64,000 nt of DNA from an uncultured Bacteroidota bacterium (GTDB lineage: Bacteria > Bacteroidota > Ignavibacteria > Kryptoniales > JAKASW01), in contig OY969800.1 of the NCBI GenBank assembly GCA_963703215.1, positions 3,225,483-3,289,482 on the forward strand, given 5' to 3'. This document shows positions 29,189 to 38,011 of this stretch, one piece after another (position 1 is the stretch's first letter; each line of letters starts with the position of its first letter). The notes under the pieces were generated by a model that saw only the letters and a program-made list of their open reading frames with translations, did no database searches and was not told the DNA's origin. The position numbers and the translations under genes are program-made.

Positions 29189-29650
29189 TTATTTCACCGA
29201 AATCTTGATCACCGCTTTCTTTATCAATACTTCGTGAGTAATATGGAGCCCAGGCTTGTGAGCTTCGTCGGGGAAAAACAAACAGAAGTGATTTTTAGGA
29301 GCGAAGATCCTAGTGTGCTCCTGTCCACCCTTCTCATAAAATATTACGTCCTTCTCATCGCTGTATGGATCTCGAGGCAAAAGAAAAGACGATGGTGAAT
29401 AGTCCATGAATTCTTGTCCACTCAAGACGATTTGGAGATCGATATACTTTTTATGTGACTCCCACTTCTTCTCGGATTCGCTCTTCGTCAGATATTCCTG
29501 GATGAGAATAAATGCCGACTCTCCGACAATCGGATATTGTTCTGTCTGCAGAGAAGAAAGATCCGTTGCGTTGAGATAATCGAGTATCTCCTTTGAGTGA
29601 GGAATAACTGCCTGATATTTGTTCATGTTTTTCAATGCATCTGCGATCAT
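29189..29650 (-). CDS. YhcH/YjgK/YiaL family protein (DUF386)
   Basis: 153 aa. WESHKKYIDLQIVLSGQE and FFPDEAHKPG resemble the cupin-like YhcH family. Confidence 0.7.
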   Translation of the reverse strand: MIADALKNMNKYQAVIPHSKEILDYLNATDLSSLQTEQYPIVGESAFILIQEYLTKSESEKKWESHKKYIDLQIVLSGQEFMDYSPSSFLLPRDPYSDEKDVIFYEKGGQEHTRIFAPKNHFCLFFPDEAHKPGLHITHEVLIKKAVIKISVK

Positions 29651-29867
29651 TGAAGAGGCTCCTTCGTTCTAGAAACATAGACGGCTACAATCTCTTAGAA
29701 TATAGTTGGCATTGACTTGAATTGTCAACGAAACAGCTTGCCAGACGCCGTTGATAAGAACCATTGCCTTCTCCCCCAATATATCAAATGCCTCAAAACG
29801 AGCCTGAGATTAAACAAGTAACGCATAGTCAATTGTGGTTGTCGGGTCGGACTGAAATTGTTCCACT

Positions 29868-30686
29868 ATGGTTATTACCCGACATCTTATTGAAGGAACG
29901 CCAAGACTAATGATATCGTTTATAAGAGCATTCAAAGCAGAGGAACGACTGAACATAAGATCGAAAATATTTGTTGTAATCTTCTTCCTATCCGGAAGAA
30001 CCATTGCCGGTCCGCCATTTCGGACTGATGACCCGATTCCCGTGCCATATTCTCACGGAGAGCTTTACTTGTTTTCGACAGGAACCATAGATGACTCCGG
30101 TACTTCAGGAATCGGCCCCGCTGTCGAATTCAACTATGGTATTTTACACGACACTCAGTTTCATTTGGTGCTCCCTCTCGCCTTCAACGCACCGAAAGGG
30201 GCATCTCCGAAGTTCGGATATGGCGATACCGAATTGGGGGTAAAGTTCAGATTTATCGACCAAGGCGATATCTATCCTGATGTCGCGACATTTCCGTTAA
30301 TGGAAATCCCAACAGGAAGCGCGTCAAGGGGACTCGGCAACGGCAAAGCCCAGCTCTATCTTCCATTGTGGTTGCAAAAAGACATTGGCAACTGGACAAT
30401 GTATGGCGGCGCGGGTTACTGGATTAATCCCGGGGTTGGAAACAGAAACTGGGATTTCTCCGGCGTTCTCGTCCAATACAATTTCTCTGATGCTTTCTTC
30501 CTCGGGATGGAACTGTTCCATCAAACAGCATCTTCAGTAAATGTCTCTGGGAACACTGGATTGCACATCGGCGGAGGGATCCCGATTATTAAGAATACAC
30601 AAATTCTGTGGTCTTGCGATGCCGGGAATGGGATTACCGCATACAAACATTTTTCATATTACGCTGGACTCTACCATACGTTCTGA
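29868..30686 (+). CDS. outer-membrane transporter, 'MetA-pathway of phenol degradation'-like beta-barrel
   Basis: GPPFRTDDPIPV just after a signal-like segment, and a beta-barrel pattern ending ...YAGLYHTF. The true start is possibly ATG 29910. Confidence 0.6.
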   Translation: MVITRHLIEGTPRLMISFIRAFKAEERLNIRSKIFVVIFFLSGRTIAGPPFRTDDPIPVPYSHGELYLFSTGTIDDSGTSGIGPAVEFNYGILHDTQFHLVLPLAFNAPKGASPKFGYGDTELGVKFRFIDQGDIYPDVATFPLMEIPTGSASRGLGNGKAQLYLPLWLQKDIGNWTMYGGAGYWINPGVGNRNWDFSGVLVQYNFSDAFFLGMELFHQTASSVNVSGNTGLHIGGGIPIIKNTQILWSCDAGNGITAYKHFSYYAGLYHTF

Positions 30687-30697
30687 ATTTAGGTTCG

Positions 30698-30735
30698 TTA
30701 CGGTTTGAAACGTTTGCAACGTTGTCGTAATTTTT
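30698..30735 (+). terminator. putative intrinsic terminator
   Basis: Compound hairpin: ttacg (30698-30702) pairs with cgtaa (30726-30730), and an inner AACGTT-tgc-AACGTT (30709-30723) also pairs. Followed by TTTTT (30731-30735), 12 nt after the stop at 30686. Confidence 0.35.
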
Positions 30736-30751
30736 ACTAGGAGAAAATTTC

Positions 30752-31900
30752 ATGAAGATTGGAATCACCTGTTACCCAACATATGGCGGGAGCGGAGTTG
30801 TAGCGACCGAACTTGGTAAGGCTCTCGCTGCGAGAGGTCACCAGATCCATTTCATAAGCTATTCGCTTCCTGCTCGGCTTGACAATTTCATCGGCAATGT
30901 TTTTTTTCATGAAGTCGAAATGTCGCAGTATCCATTATTTGACTTCCCTCTCTACACCGATTCCCTAGCAAGTAAAATGGTGGACGTTGCAAAGTATCAC
31001 GACCTGGACATTCTTCACGTTCATTACGCGATTCCACACGCGACAAGCGCCTTCATAGCAAAACAAATACTCGCACCGACAAAAGACATTAAAATAATCA
31101 CCACGCTCCACGGAACAGACGTCACACTTGTCGGACTGGAGCCGAGTTTCCTTCCTCTTGTGAAATTTTCAATTGAGCAGAGCGACTACGTTACTTCCGT
31201 CTCGAGGTTTCTCCAAATGAAGACCAACACAATGTACAACATCGACAAGGAGATCCATGTTATCCATAATTTTGTCGACACCGAAAGATTCCAGCGAAAA
31301 AAGGATTGCGAGTTTAAATCCCGGATTGCCTCCGAGGGAGAAAAAGTACTCGTTCACATTTCTAATTTCAGACCAGTAAAACGGGTTCCAGATGTGATCA
31401 GGATTTTCGACATCGTCAGGAAGGCAATACCAAGCAAGATGATTCTTGTCGGCGATGGGCCGGACAGATCGGAGTCGGAGAGACTTGCACGTGAACTGGG
31501 AATTTTCGAAGACGTAAAATTCCTTGGAAAGCAGACCCTTCTACCGGAAATTTTATCAGCTTCGGACTTGATGCTTATGCCGAGCCAATCGGAGAGTTTC
31601 GGACTCTCCGCGTTGGAAGCGATGTCTTGCAGTGTACCAGTCGTCTCATCAAGCACAGGAGGCCTGCCGGAATTAGTAGTGCACGGCGAGACCGGCTACA
31701 TTGCTGAGCTCGGCGACGTTCAGAGGATGGCGAAGTACGCGATTGAGTTGTTGACTGACGAAAGAAAATGGGAGTTATTCAGTCATAATTCAAGGAAACG
31801 CTCGGTCGACAAATTCGACGTAAACTCGATTGTACCACTTTACGAAAAGTTGTACGAAGAAGCTCTAAATGAAATAAGAACACCAGCAAGTGTGAAGTAG
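30752..31900 (+). CDS. bshA: N-acetyl-alpha-D-glucosaminyl L-malate synthase (bacillithiol biosynthesis)
   Basis: 382 aa. MKIGITCYPTYGGSGVVATELGKALAARGHQIHFISYS is the characteristic BshA N-terminus. GT4 C-terminal E-x7-E region. Confidence 0.85.
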   Translation: MKIGITCYPTYGGSGVVATELGKALAARGHQIHFISYSLPARLDNFIGNVFFHEVEMSQYPLFDFPLYTDSLASKMVDVAKYHDLDILHVHYAIPHATSAFIAKQILAPTKDIKIITTLHGTDVTLVGLEPSFLPLVKFSIEQSDYVTSVSRFLQMKTNTMYNIDKEIHVIHNFVDTERFQRKKDCEFKSRIASEGEKVLVHISNFRPVKRVPDVIRIFDIVRKAIPSKMILVGDGPDRSESERLARELGIFEDVKFLGKQTLLPEILSASDLMLMPSQSESFGLSALEAMSCSVPVVSSSTGGLPELVVHGETGYIAELGDVQRMAKYAIELLTDERKWELFSHNSRKRSVDKFDVNSIVPLYEKLYEEALNEIRTPASVK

Positions 31901-31950
31901 CTTGCTTTTCTCACCAAAATCCCGTTAAACCCCTTCAAGCACCTTACATC

Positions 31951-32748
31951 TCAGAAACTTATCTGGTAAAATAACCGCAGCATGTCGGTCGCCTCCCGCG
32001 CTCCGAGCATTCGGTTGTTTTGCGTAACATTTCTCGAAGCTTCTGCCATTACACTACCCCAGATGGGATACATAAGGCTGAATCCTGTACTGGCGATGTC
32101 ATACATTATTGGTGTCTGAACCTTCAACGTCCCATCCCAAAACTTCGTGGTAATCTGTACGTTGGGATCTGCAATGCTCGACGTGGAGTTATATTGCAGT
32201 CCAACACTCTGGATAAAATTAAATTGTTTGCCTAAAAGATTTGTCAGGTATCCCGATAGGTATGACGATCCAACACTTCCTAATGCTCCCTCACCATATT
32301 GTGACCATAAATTGTTAGCGGCATTCTGTTTATCAGCAGCAGTTAACTCATCCGCGAATCGCCCGGTCAAGATAAAGGAGATCGCATTTGTCTGCTGATC
32401 ATTGGGATACGGAACATTATCTTGTGTCATCGATATATCAATGCTTGGCTGGTTGAAAGTCCCGGTAATCTTGAGCTGTACCACTACGTTCTGCGGCTTC
32501 CCCGAGTTTGAAGTATCCGAATGTTGACCTTGATAGATGCCAGTTATATCAAGGACCGGGTTTAAAGGGTCACCTGAGAATCTCATCTTTCCGGTTGCAT
32601 TAAATTGCTTCCCATAAAAGTTATAAGTGGATCCTGTCTGAATATTGACGTCTCCAGTTAATTCCATGGTGCCAGAAAGATTTGACAGGTGCAGCTTGCC
32701 TCCCAAAATTGCATCGAGTTCCTCGTTCGTAGTGGGGTTGAATATCAT
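31951..32748 (-). CDS. tamB: translocation and assembly module protein TamB, C-terminal DUF490 piece (separated from the body by a frameshift)
   Basis: 265 aa. ...LTGDVNIQTGSTYNFYGKQFNATGKMRFSGDPLNPVLDITGIYQG... is the conserved TamB C-terminal (DUF490) pattern. This reading frame is open upstream to 32820. Confidence 0.75.
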   Translation of the reverse strand: MIFNPTTNEELDAILGGKLHLSNLSGTMELTGDVNIQTGSTYNFYGKQFNATGKMRFSGDPLNPVLDITGIYQGQHSDTSNSGKPQNVVVQLKITGTFNQPSIDISMTQDNVPYPNDQQTNAISFILTGRFADELTAADKQNAANNLWSQYGEGALGSVGSSYLSGYLTNLLGKQFNFIQSVGLQYNSTSSIADPNVQITTKFWDGTLKVQTPIMYDIASTGFSLMYPIWGSVMAEASRNVTQNNRMLGAREATDMLRLFYQISF

Positions 32749-32800
32749 TCTGAAATTGACGTTGTCTTTTGTATCAACGCTTAAATCGTATCTTAAGCTG

Positions 32801-35800
32801 TCAACAAAACTTCCGGAACGTCATTTCCTTTTCCGCTTCTTCGGCTTTTTGCGGAGCCTTCGAAACGTACTCCAATGAGGACATGTCTGTGGGGAAACGA
32901 TACATTACATCCTCAACCCGAGTGGTCTGTTGGGTTTGCAACGGAAGTAAAGTTAGATTGGTACTCTGAATAACTCCAGAACCTTCAAGAAGCGGTCTAG
33001 ACAAACTTCCCTTCAATTTAAGCCCTTGCAACCCCGAACCTACTATGGCAACTCCATAAACATCTTGCTGGTTTTTTCTTGAGGGCGAATTCAAAACCAA
33101 CAATGTGCCGTCCAAGTCAATGTCAAATGACGCGATACTATTGTTCCGAATCTCAAGAGATCCGTGTGCCATCATAGTCGTGTTAGTCTGTCCGACATTA
33201 TTCACTATTGAGACCGGATCAAGAATAAGCTTATCACCTTCTCCAATGATAGTTCCAGTAAATGGATACGTAATCCCGTTTGCGGCAAGGTTGACAATTC
33301 TTCCGTCAGAAACTCTTAACTCACCATTGAACTCAGGTAACGAATACCTACCTGAAACATTCATATCACCCGAAGCTGTGCCTTCTAATTCTCCAACACC
33401 CGGCAAGAACGGTGTTAGAAAAGAGATGTTCAAAGAATCTGCATTAATTCTTAATTGCATAGCTCTTGAGGAACTATCCGATAGTGGTACAGTACCATCA
33501 ATGCGTAATGCATACTGGGACGAATCGGTCTGCTTAGATAACTGCGAGGACAACTCAAGATAATCATCGTGTATCTTAACGGTACCCGTCACCAGCTTCG
33601 ACTTAGCTCCATTATAGTTAATGTCTTTACCGCTAAAATCAATCGAAACGTCGACACCTTTCGGCGCGTCTGTTAGCGACGCTTCTCCATTAATCTTTCC
33701 ATCGACCCTAAGGGAAACTGTATCCAGTCGACCTATTCTTTGCAACGACGCAAGCTCAACATTACTAAACTCAAACTGAAGGTTTGGACCTTTTTCCAGT
33801 GAATATTGCCCTTTCACCAAAACCTTCGAATTGGTTTTGGTCGCGTCTCCGTCGAACCCTGCGGAAAAAACAATTGGCATGAAGGTAAAAGTTTCAGGTT
33901 TGTACCCAATGTGTACGACTTCGCTGCTGGCGAGTGAGACTCCGTAGAATTTTCCGACGAGAGTATTTGCAGTCAGAGCAAATGAATCTTGTTTCACTTC
34001 CCCTGAGGCGTCAATGTAAAATTCCGCCAAGGAATCGACCTGGCACAGGGCTGTAATGGATAAAGAATCGTCTTGGGAATTACTCCCACGCGAATAGCCG
34101 ACCCGCAAGATTTTCGAGCTAAGATGGGTCTTATTTATGTCGAGTCCATGAAAGTTTGCGTCCATGGACCACTTTCCGTGGTCCCACAACGAGAGATCGT
34201 TATCGGCGCTCAGATTGAAATGAACAGTTATCTGCGATCCGGAAACTTGTAATGAATCCTCGGAATAACCGATGGTGTCGGCATCAACCGATCCATCGAG
34301 TGAAATTCCTTTTCCATCAGAAAGGACATCAAGGTGAGCTTCGGGATTTCCCTTCAATTGAGACAACCCCAAAATCTTACCTATGAACCGCCCGTCCTTG
34401 ACCTTTGCGCTCAACGATGCATTCAGCCCGGTCATGTCGAGCGAATGGCCTTGTCGCTGGTTATGTCTTCCCGTGATCTTGTTGCTGAAACTGTCGGCTA
34501 TTGCAGAAAATAATTCTGACAATTGAGAAGGAAGTTTATCGGCAACATAATTTCCTTCGATACTAGCATCCACTATAGGCGAGCTCAGGCGTATGGTCTT
34601 ATCAGCGCTTCTTGTGTTTGCAACCAAATTAAAAGCCGAGTTGTTAACGGGAACTCCGCCAAGAGTGGAATGATCCAGTAAGACTAGGAATTTGCCGTCC
34701 AGGGAATCGACGTTTAACCCCTTTCCTGATAACGAGATCTTGCCGGTAGAAATCCCACTCAGAGATGAATCGCTGACAAATGAAGACAAATCAAATTCGC
34801 TGAAGGATAGATCAGAAGAATAGATTTGTGAGCTTGCATCGAGCATCGCTGATCCACTAATGTTTCCTTTCGACGTTAAGAAACGTAAATCGAAATTGAT
34901 GCTGTCGGATGAAGAAGAAATATTTATCCTTCCAGATCGGACTGAAGCCTGCTGGAAAGTCGATGAATCCATTTGAAGAGAAATTGTCCCCTCAGGCAAG
35001 GATGCGGTCGAGTTTTTGAGTGTGAAATCCGCTTCTCCTGTCAGCGTTGAGGTCAGATTTTTACTGTTTAGGATTTCTTCGAGATGGAGGTTGCGGAAGT
35101 TCAATCTGCCGGCAAACGACCCACGATGCGAACTCATCACCGAGTTAACTTCGGTTCCCCCGCTCTTTAGTCCCACATTGACATTCAGATTGCTTGGCGT
35201 GCCATCTACAACCGCATTCAAGATGAAAGGTTTGAACTGACTGAGATTCGGTACTCCAGCTTTGTTTAACATAGCAGAAAGCTCAAAAGGGTCGATGATG
35301 GATCCGTGAGTCTCCGCCTTCATCGCCATTTCGGAACCAGTTAGGTCAAAGAGCGTCGCTGAAAGATGGACAAACGAACTGTCTGTTTTGACGGACAATT
35401 GCTTCACATACAAGGTATCAAGGTTCCCGCTAGCAAAGCAATTCAAACCTATTCTCGAACCAGTATCTATCGGAAGATTTAGAAATTTCTTTACTTGGTA
35501 AATGTCTGCATCTTTGACATCAAGACTCGCAGTGATTTGCTTCTTACGGAAGGTTGTCAGCTCGATTGGATCAAGTAGGTTTTGTCCCGTCAATGTGAGG
35601 TCCCCTTTGAGCTTACCCAATTCTGAAACAAGATCAAGACCAGAAACTTCAGCTCCAACTTTCGATGTAAAGAAGTCGAATTTCAAGGAATTGACTTTCA
35701 CTCCTATCGGATCGACAGTGAGTGAGATATTCTTGATGCTCGAAGAAAGATTGTCTTCAGAAATATTTCCAGACGCTGACAGGTCGATGTCTTTCAATCT

Positions 35801-36337
35801 GAAGTCCGATGAGTTAAAGCGACGCAGCGAATCAAATGACGCGAAAGAGGAAGCATCAGTAGAATCGCATAAAGAAAACTCCCCGCCATGGATCTTCAGG
35901 TTTTTCAAGATGATGAACCAATCAGATTTTCCGCCAGGCTTAGAGGGACCCTTTCCGATGTGGTCGACATTTAAGGTTCCATCCCTATACCGGATAAGAT
36001 AGAACCGAGGGTTGACGAGTCTGCATTGGAGAACCTCAACGGTCTTGGCAATTATCGAAAGCGGGAGATGCGAAACTTCTATCGTATCTACCAGAGCGAT
36101 GGGTTTACCGTCATACATCAAAGCCGCGCCGTCTATTCTAAATGAGCCAAGGATGCTCCCATGGATTTTTCCCATATATAGCTGCGCATTGATTTGCTCG
36201 TCCACGATACTTGTAAGGATACTCCTCACTTCATCGTTGAAGAAACGAGTATAGGATAAAGCAAATATCAAGAGAGGGAAAAAAATCAGGATAGTGAATA
36301 ATGGAAGAAATATTCGTTTGCGCATGGCTCTCGCCAC
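32801..36337 (-). CDS. tamB: translocation and assembly module protein TamB, N-terminal/body piece
   Basis: 1178 aa. N-terminal membrane anchor (IFLPLFTILIFFPLLIFAL) followed by a long Ser/Gly/Asp-rich beta-rich region typical of TamB/AsmA-like proteins. Confidence 0.75.
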   Translation of the reverse strand: MARAMRKRIFLPLFTILIFFPLLIFALSYTRFFNDEVRSILTSIVDEQINAQLYMGKIHGSILGSFRIDGAALMYDGKPIALVDTIEVSHLPLSIIAKTVEVLQCRLVNPRFYLIRYRDGTLNVDHIGKGPSKPGGKSDWFIILKNLKIHGGEFSLCDSTDASSFASFDSLRRFNSSDFRLKDIDLSASGNISEDNLSSSIKNISLTVDPIGVKVNSLKFDFFTSKVGAEVSGLDLVSELGKLKGDLTLTGQNLLDPIELTTFRKKQITASLDVKDADIYQVKKFLNLPIDTGSRIGLNCFASGNLDTLYVKQLSVKTDSSFVHLSATLFDLTGSEMAMKAETHGSIIDPFELSAMLNKAGVPNLSQFKPFILNAVVDGTPSNLNVNVGLKSGGTEVNSVMSSHRGSFAGRLNFRNLHLEEILNSKNLTSTLTGEADFTLKNSTASLPEGTISLQMDSSTFQQASVRSGRINISSSSDSINFDLRFLTSKGNISGSAMLDASSQIYSSDLSFSEFDLSSFVSDSSLSGISTGKISLSGKGLNVDSLDGKFLVLLDHSTLGGVPVNNSAFNLVANTRSADKTIRLSSPIVDASIEGNYVADKLPSQLSELFSAIADSFSNKITGRHNQRQGHSLDMTGLNASLSAKVKDGRFIGKILGLSQLKGNPEAHLDVLSDGKGISLDGSVDADTIGYSEDSLQVSGSQITVHFNLSADNDLSLWDHGKWSMDANFHGLDINKTHLSSKILRVGYSRGSNSQDDSLSITALCQVDSLAEFYIDASGEVKQDSFALTANTLVGKFYGVSLASSEVVHIGYKPETFTFMPIVFSAGFDGDATKTNSKVLVKGQYSLEKGPNLQFEFSNVELASLQRIGRLDTVSLRVDGKINGEASLTDAPKGVDVSIDFSGKDINYNGAKSKLVTGTVKIHDDYLELSSQLSKQTDSSQYALRIDGTVPLSDSSSRAMQLRINADSLNISFLTPFLPGVGELEGTASGDMNVSGRYSLPEFNGELRVSDGRIVNLAANGITYPFTGTIIGEGDKLILDPVSIVNNVGQTNTTMMAHGSLEIRNNSIASFDIDLDGTLLVLNSPSRKNQQDVYGVAIVGSGLQGLKLKGSLSRPLLEGSGVIQSTNLTLLPLQTQQTTRVEDVMYRFPTDMSSLEYVSKAPQKAEEAEKEMTFRKFC

Positions 36338-36816
36338 TATTGCATTACTTCGAGTATCTTTTTTATGATATTTGTGGTCGACTTGCCATCCAAATATTCT
36401 ATCGTGACTACCTTGCCGCCACGAGCCTCCACAATATCACGACCGATTACGTCCTCAATCTTCCAATCCGCTCCCTTCGCCAAAAAATCTGGCTGAAGTA
36501 GCTTTATGGTCTCATAAGGAGTGTCCTCATCGAAGATACAAACGTAGTCGACACTTTTTAAACTTGAGATCACGCTGGCTCTGTCCGATTGTGGGACTAT
36601 CGGTCTCTTTTTTCCTTTGATTCTTCGCGCGCTGGAATCCGAATTTATTCCGACCACCAAAATGTCACCTAGCTCTTTGGCTCTGTTTAAATAATCGACA
36701 TGACCTTTATGGAGTATGTCAAAAACTCCATTCGTGAACACAATCTTCTTTCCGTCGGCCTGATGCTTCCTGAGTATGGCCGAAAGTTCATCGCGAGAGA
36801 AGACATTCGCCATCAA
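36337..36816 (-). CDS. hldC: D-glycero-beta-D-manno-heptose 1-phosphate adenylyltransferase (RfaE domain II as a separate protein)
   Basis: 159 aa cytidylyltransferase fold. FTNGVFDILHKGHVDYL (HxGH). Overlaps the kinase gene upstream. Confidence 0.85.
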   Translation of the reverse strand: MMANVFSRDELSAILRKHQADGKKIVFTNGVFDILHKGHVDYLNRAKELGDILVVGINSDSSARRIKGKKRPIVPQSDRASVISSLKSVDYVCIFDEDTPYETIKLLQPDFLAKGADWKIEDVIGRDIVEARGGKVVTIEYLDGKSTTNIIKKILEVMQ

Positions 36817-37841
36817 AATTCTCCAGTTGGGACACTTTCCGAAATGGACTTTTTGTCGCTGGCTACCTCAGTGAATAATTTTTCCTTATCTACTGGAGCA
36901 ATCCCTACTTCACCGCAGACAATTCCACCAGCATGATTTGCTATCGCTGCCGCCTCCGTGATCGTCGCTCCTGCGACAAGAGCAACCGTAAATGTGGAGA
37001 TCACTGTATCACCCGCTCCGGATACATCTGCTACCTTTCGCGCCTTCGTCGGGAAATGCGCGCAATCTCCGTCCTTAGAGAGAAGAGTCATTCCTTTTTC
37101 TCCGCGAGTCAAGAGTATATTCTCGCAATCCAGCACTCTTAGCAATTCCTTTGACACAACGAGCGCTTCCTCGTCAGATCCAACAGGTAATCTAAGCGCG
37201 TTTTCCGCTTCTTTCCGGTTGGGTTTGAAAACGGTGACATGCTTGTATTCAAGAAAATTATTTTGCTTAGGATCCACACTGACCACTTTGTGGTTCTTCC
37301 TCGCAAAAGTTATCACCTCGGAGAGCAATTCTTTTGTCACCATTCCCTTGTTGTAGTCTTCAAGGATAATTGCGTCTATCTCGCTTTTCATGGAATTCAA
37401 TATCTGCATGACGTGGGCCAGAATATCTCCACCTATATCTTTTCTCACTTCATGGTCCATTCTAACTACATGCTGGCTGTGGGCAATAACACGCGTCTTG
37501 ACGGTAGTCGGCCTATCCGCAACTTTTACGATTCCTTCCTTCGTCAACGACATCTCATCAAGGATGCGAATGATCCTTTCGCCCGGTTCATCATCGCCGA
37601 CAATCCCGAACAAAATCGGCACTGCTCCAAGTGACCTGATATTATTTGCTACATTCGCCGCTCCGCCAAGACGGGCAGATTCGCTTTCAACTTCCAACAC
37701 AGGGACCGGTGCCTCAGGCGATATTCTCGAGACGGTTCCCCAGATATACTTATCCAACATCAGGTCGCCCAGGACAACAATCCTTTTACCATTGAAACTT
37801 TCGAAAAGCGCCTTAAGCCTCTGAATCTCGAAACCTCTCAA
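36813..37841 (-). CDS. hldA: D-glycero-beta-D-manno-heptose-7-phosphate kinase (RfaE domain I as a separate protein)
   Basis: 342 aa PfkB-family kinase. VLGDLMLDKYIWGTVSRISPEAPVPVLEV...LGGAANVANN is the HldE N-domain signature. DVSGAGDT near the C-terminus. Confidence 0.85.
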   Translation of the reverse strand: MRGFEIQRLKALFESFNGKRIVVLGDLMLDKYIWGTVSRISPEAPVPVLEVESESARLGGAANVANNIRSLGAVPILFGIVGDDEPGERIIRILDEMSLTKEGIVKVADRPTTVKTRVIAHSQHVVRMDHEVRKDIGGDILAHVMQILNSMKSEIDAIILEDYNKGMVTKELLSEVITFARKNHKVVSVDPKQNNFLEYKHVTVFKPNRKEAENALRLPVGSDEEALVVSKELLRVLDCENILLTRGEKGMTLLSKDGDCAHFPTKARKVADVSGAGDTVISTFTVALVAGATITEAAAIANHAGGIVCGEVGIAPVDKEKLFTEVASDKKSISESVPTGEF

Positions 37842-38011
37842 TCTAATTCTCCGCTTTGTTCCTTTTTCACTAATTTAAACCCCGCAGACATGAAGATCAA
37901 TTTATGGCCCGAAATATTTCTATGATGGCTTGCGCCCCGTACCGCCTTGCGATTAAAAAAATTTAATTTTCTTCCGCGATGATTGGCAGTATATCCACCA
38001 CCATTTATGAC

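Noticed and set aside
28568-29398. 276-aa + strand ORF
   Set aside because: It is almost entirely antisense to hisD, whose identity is unambiguous. The Ser/Thr/Phe-rich composition is typical of a shadow frame.
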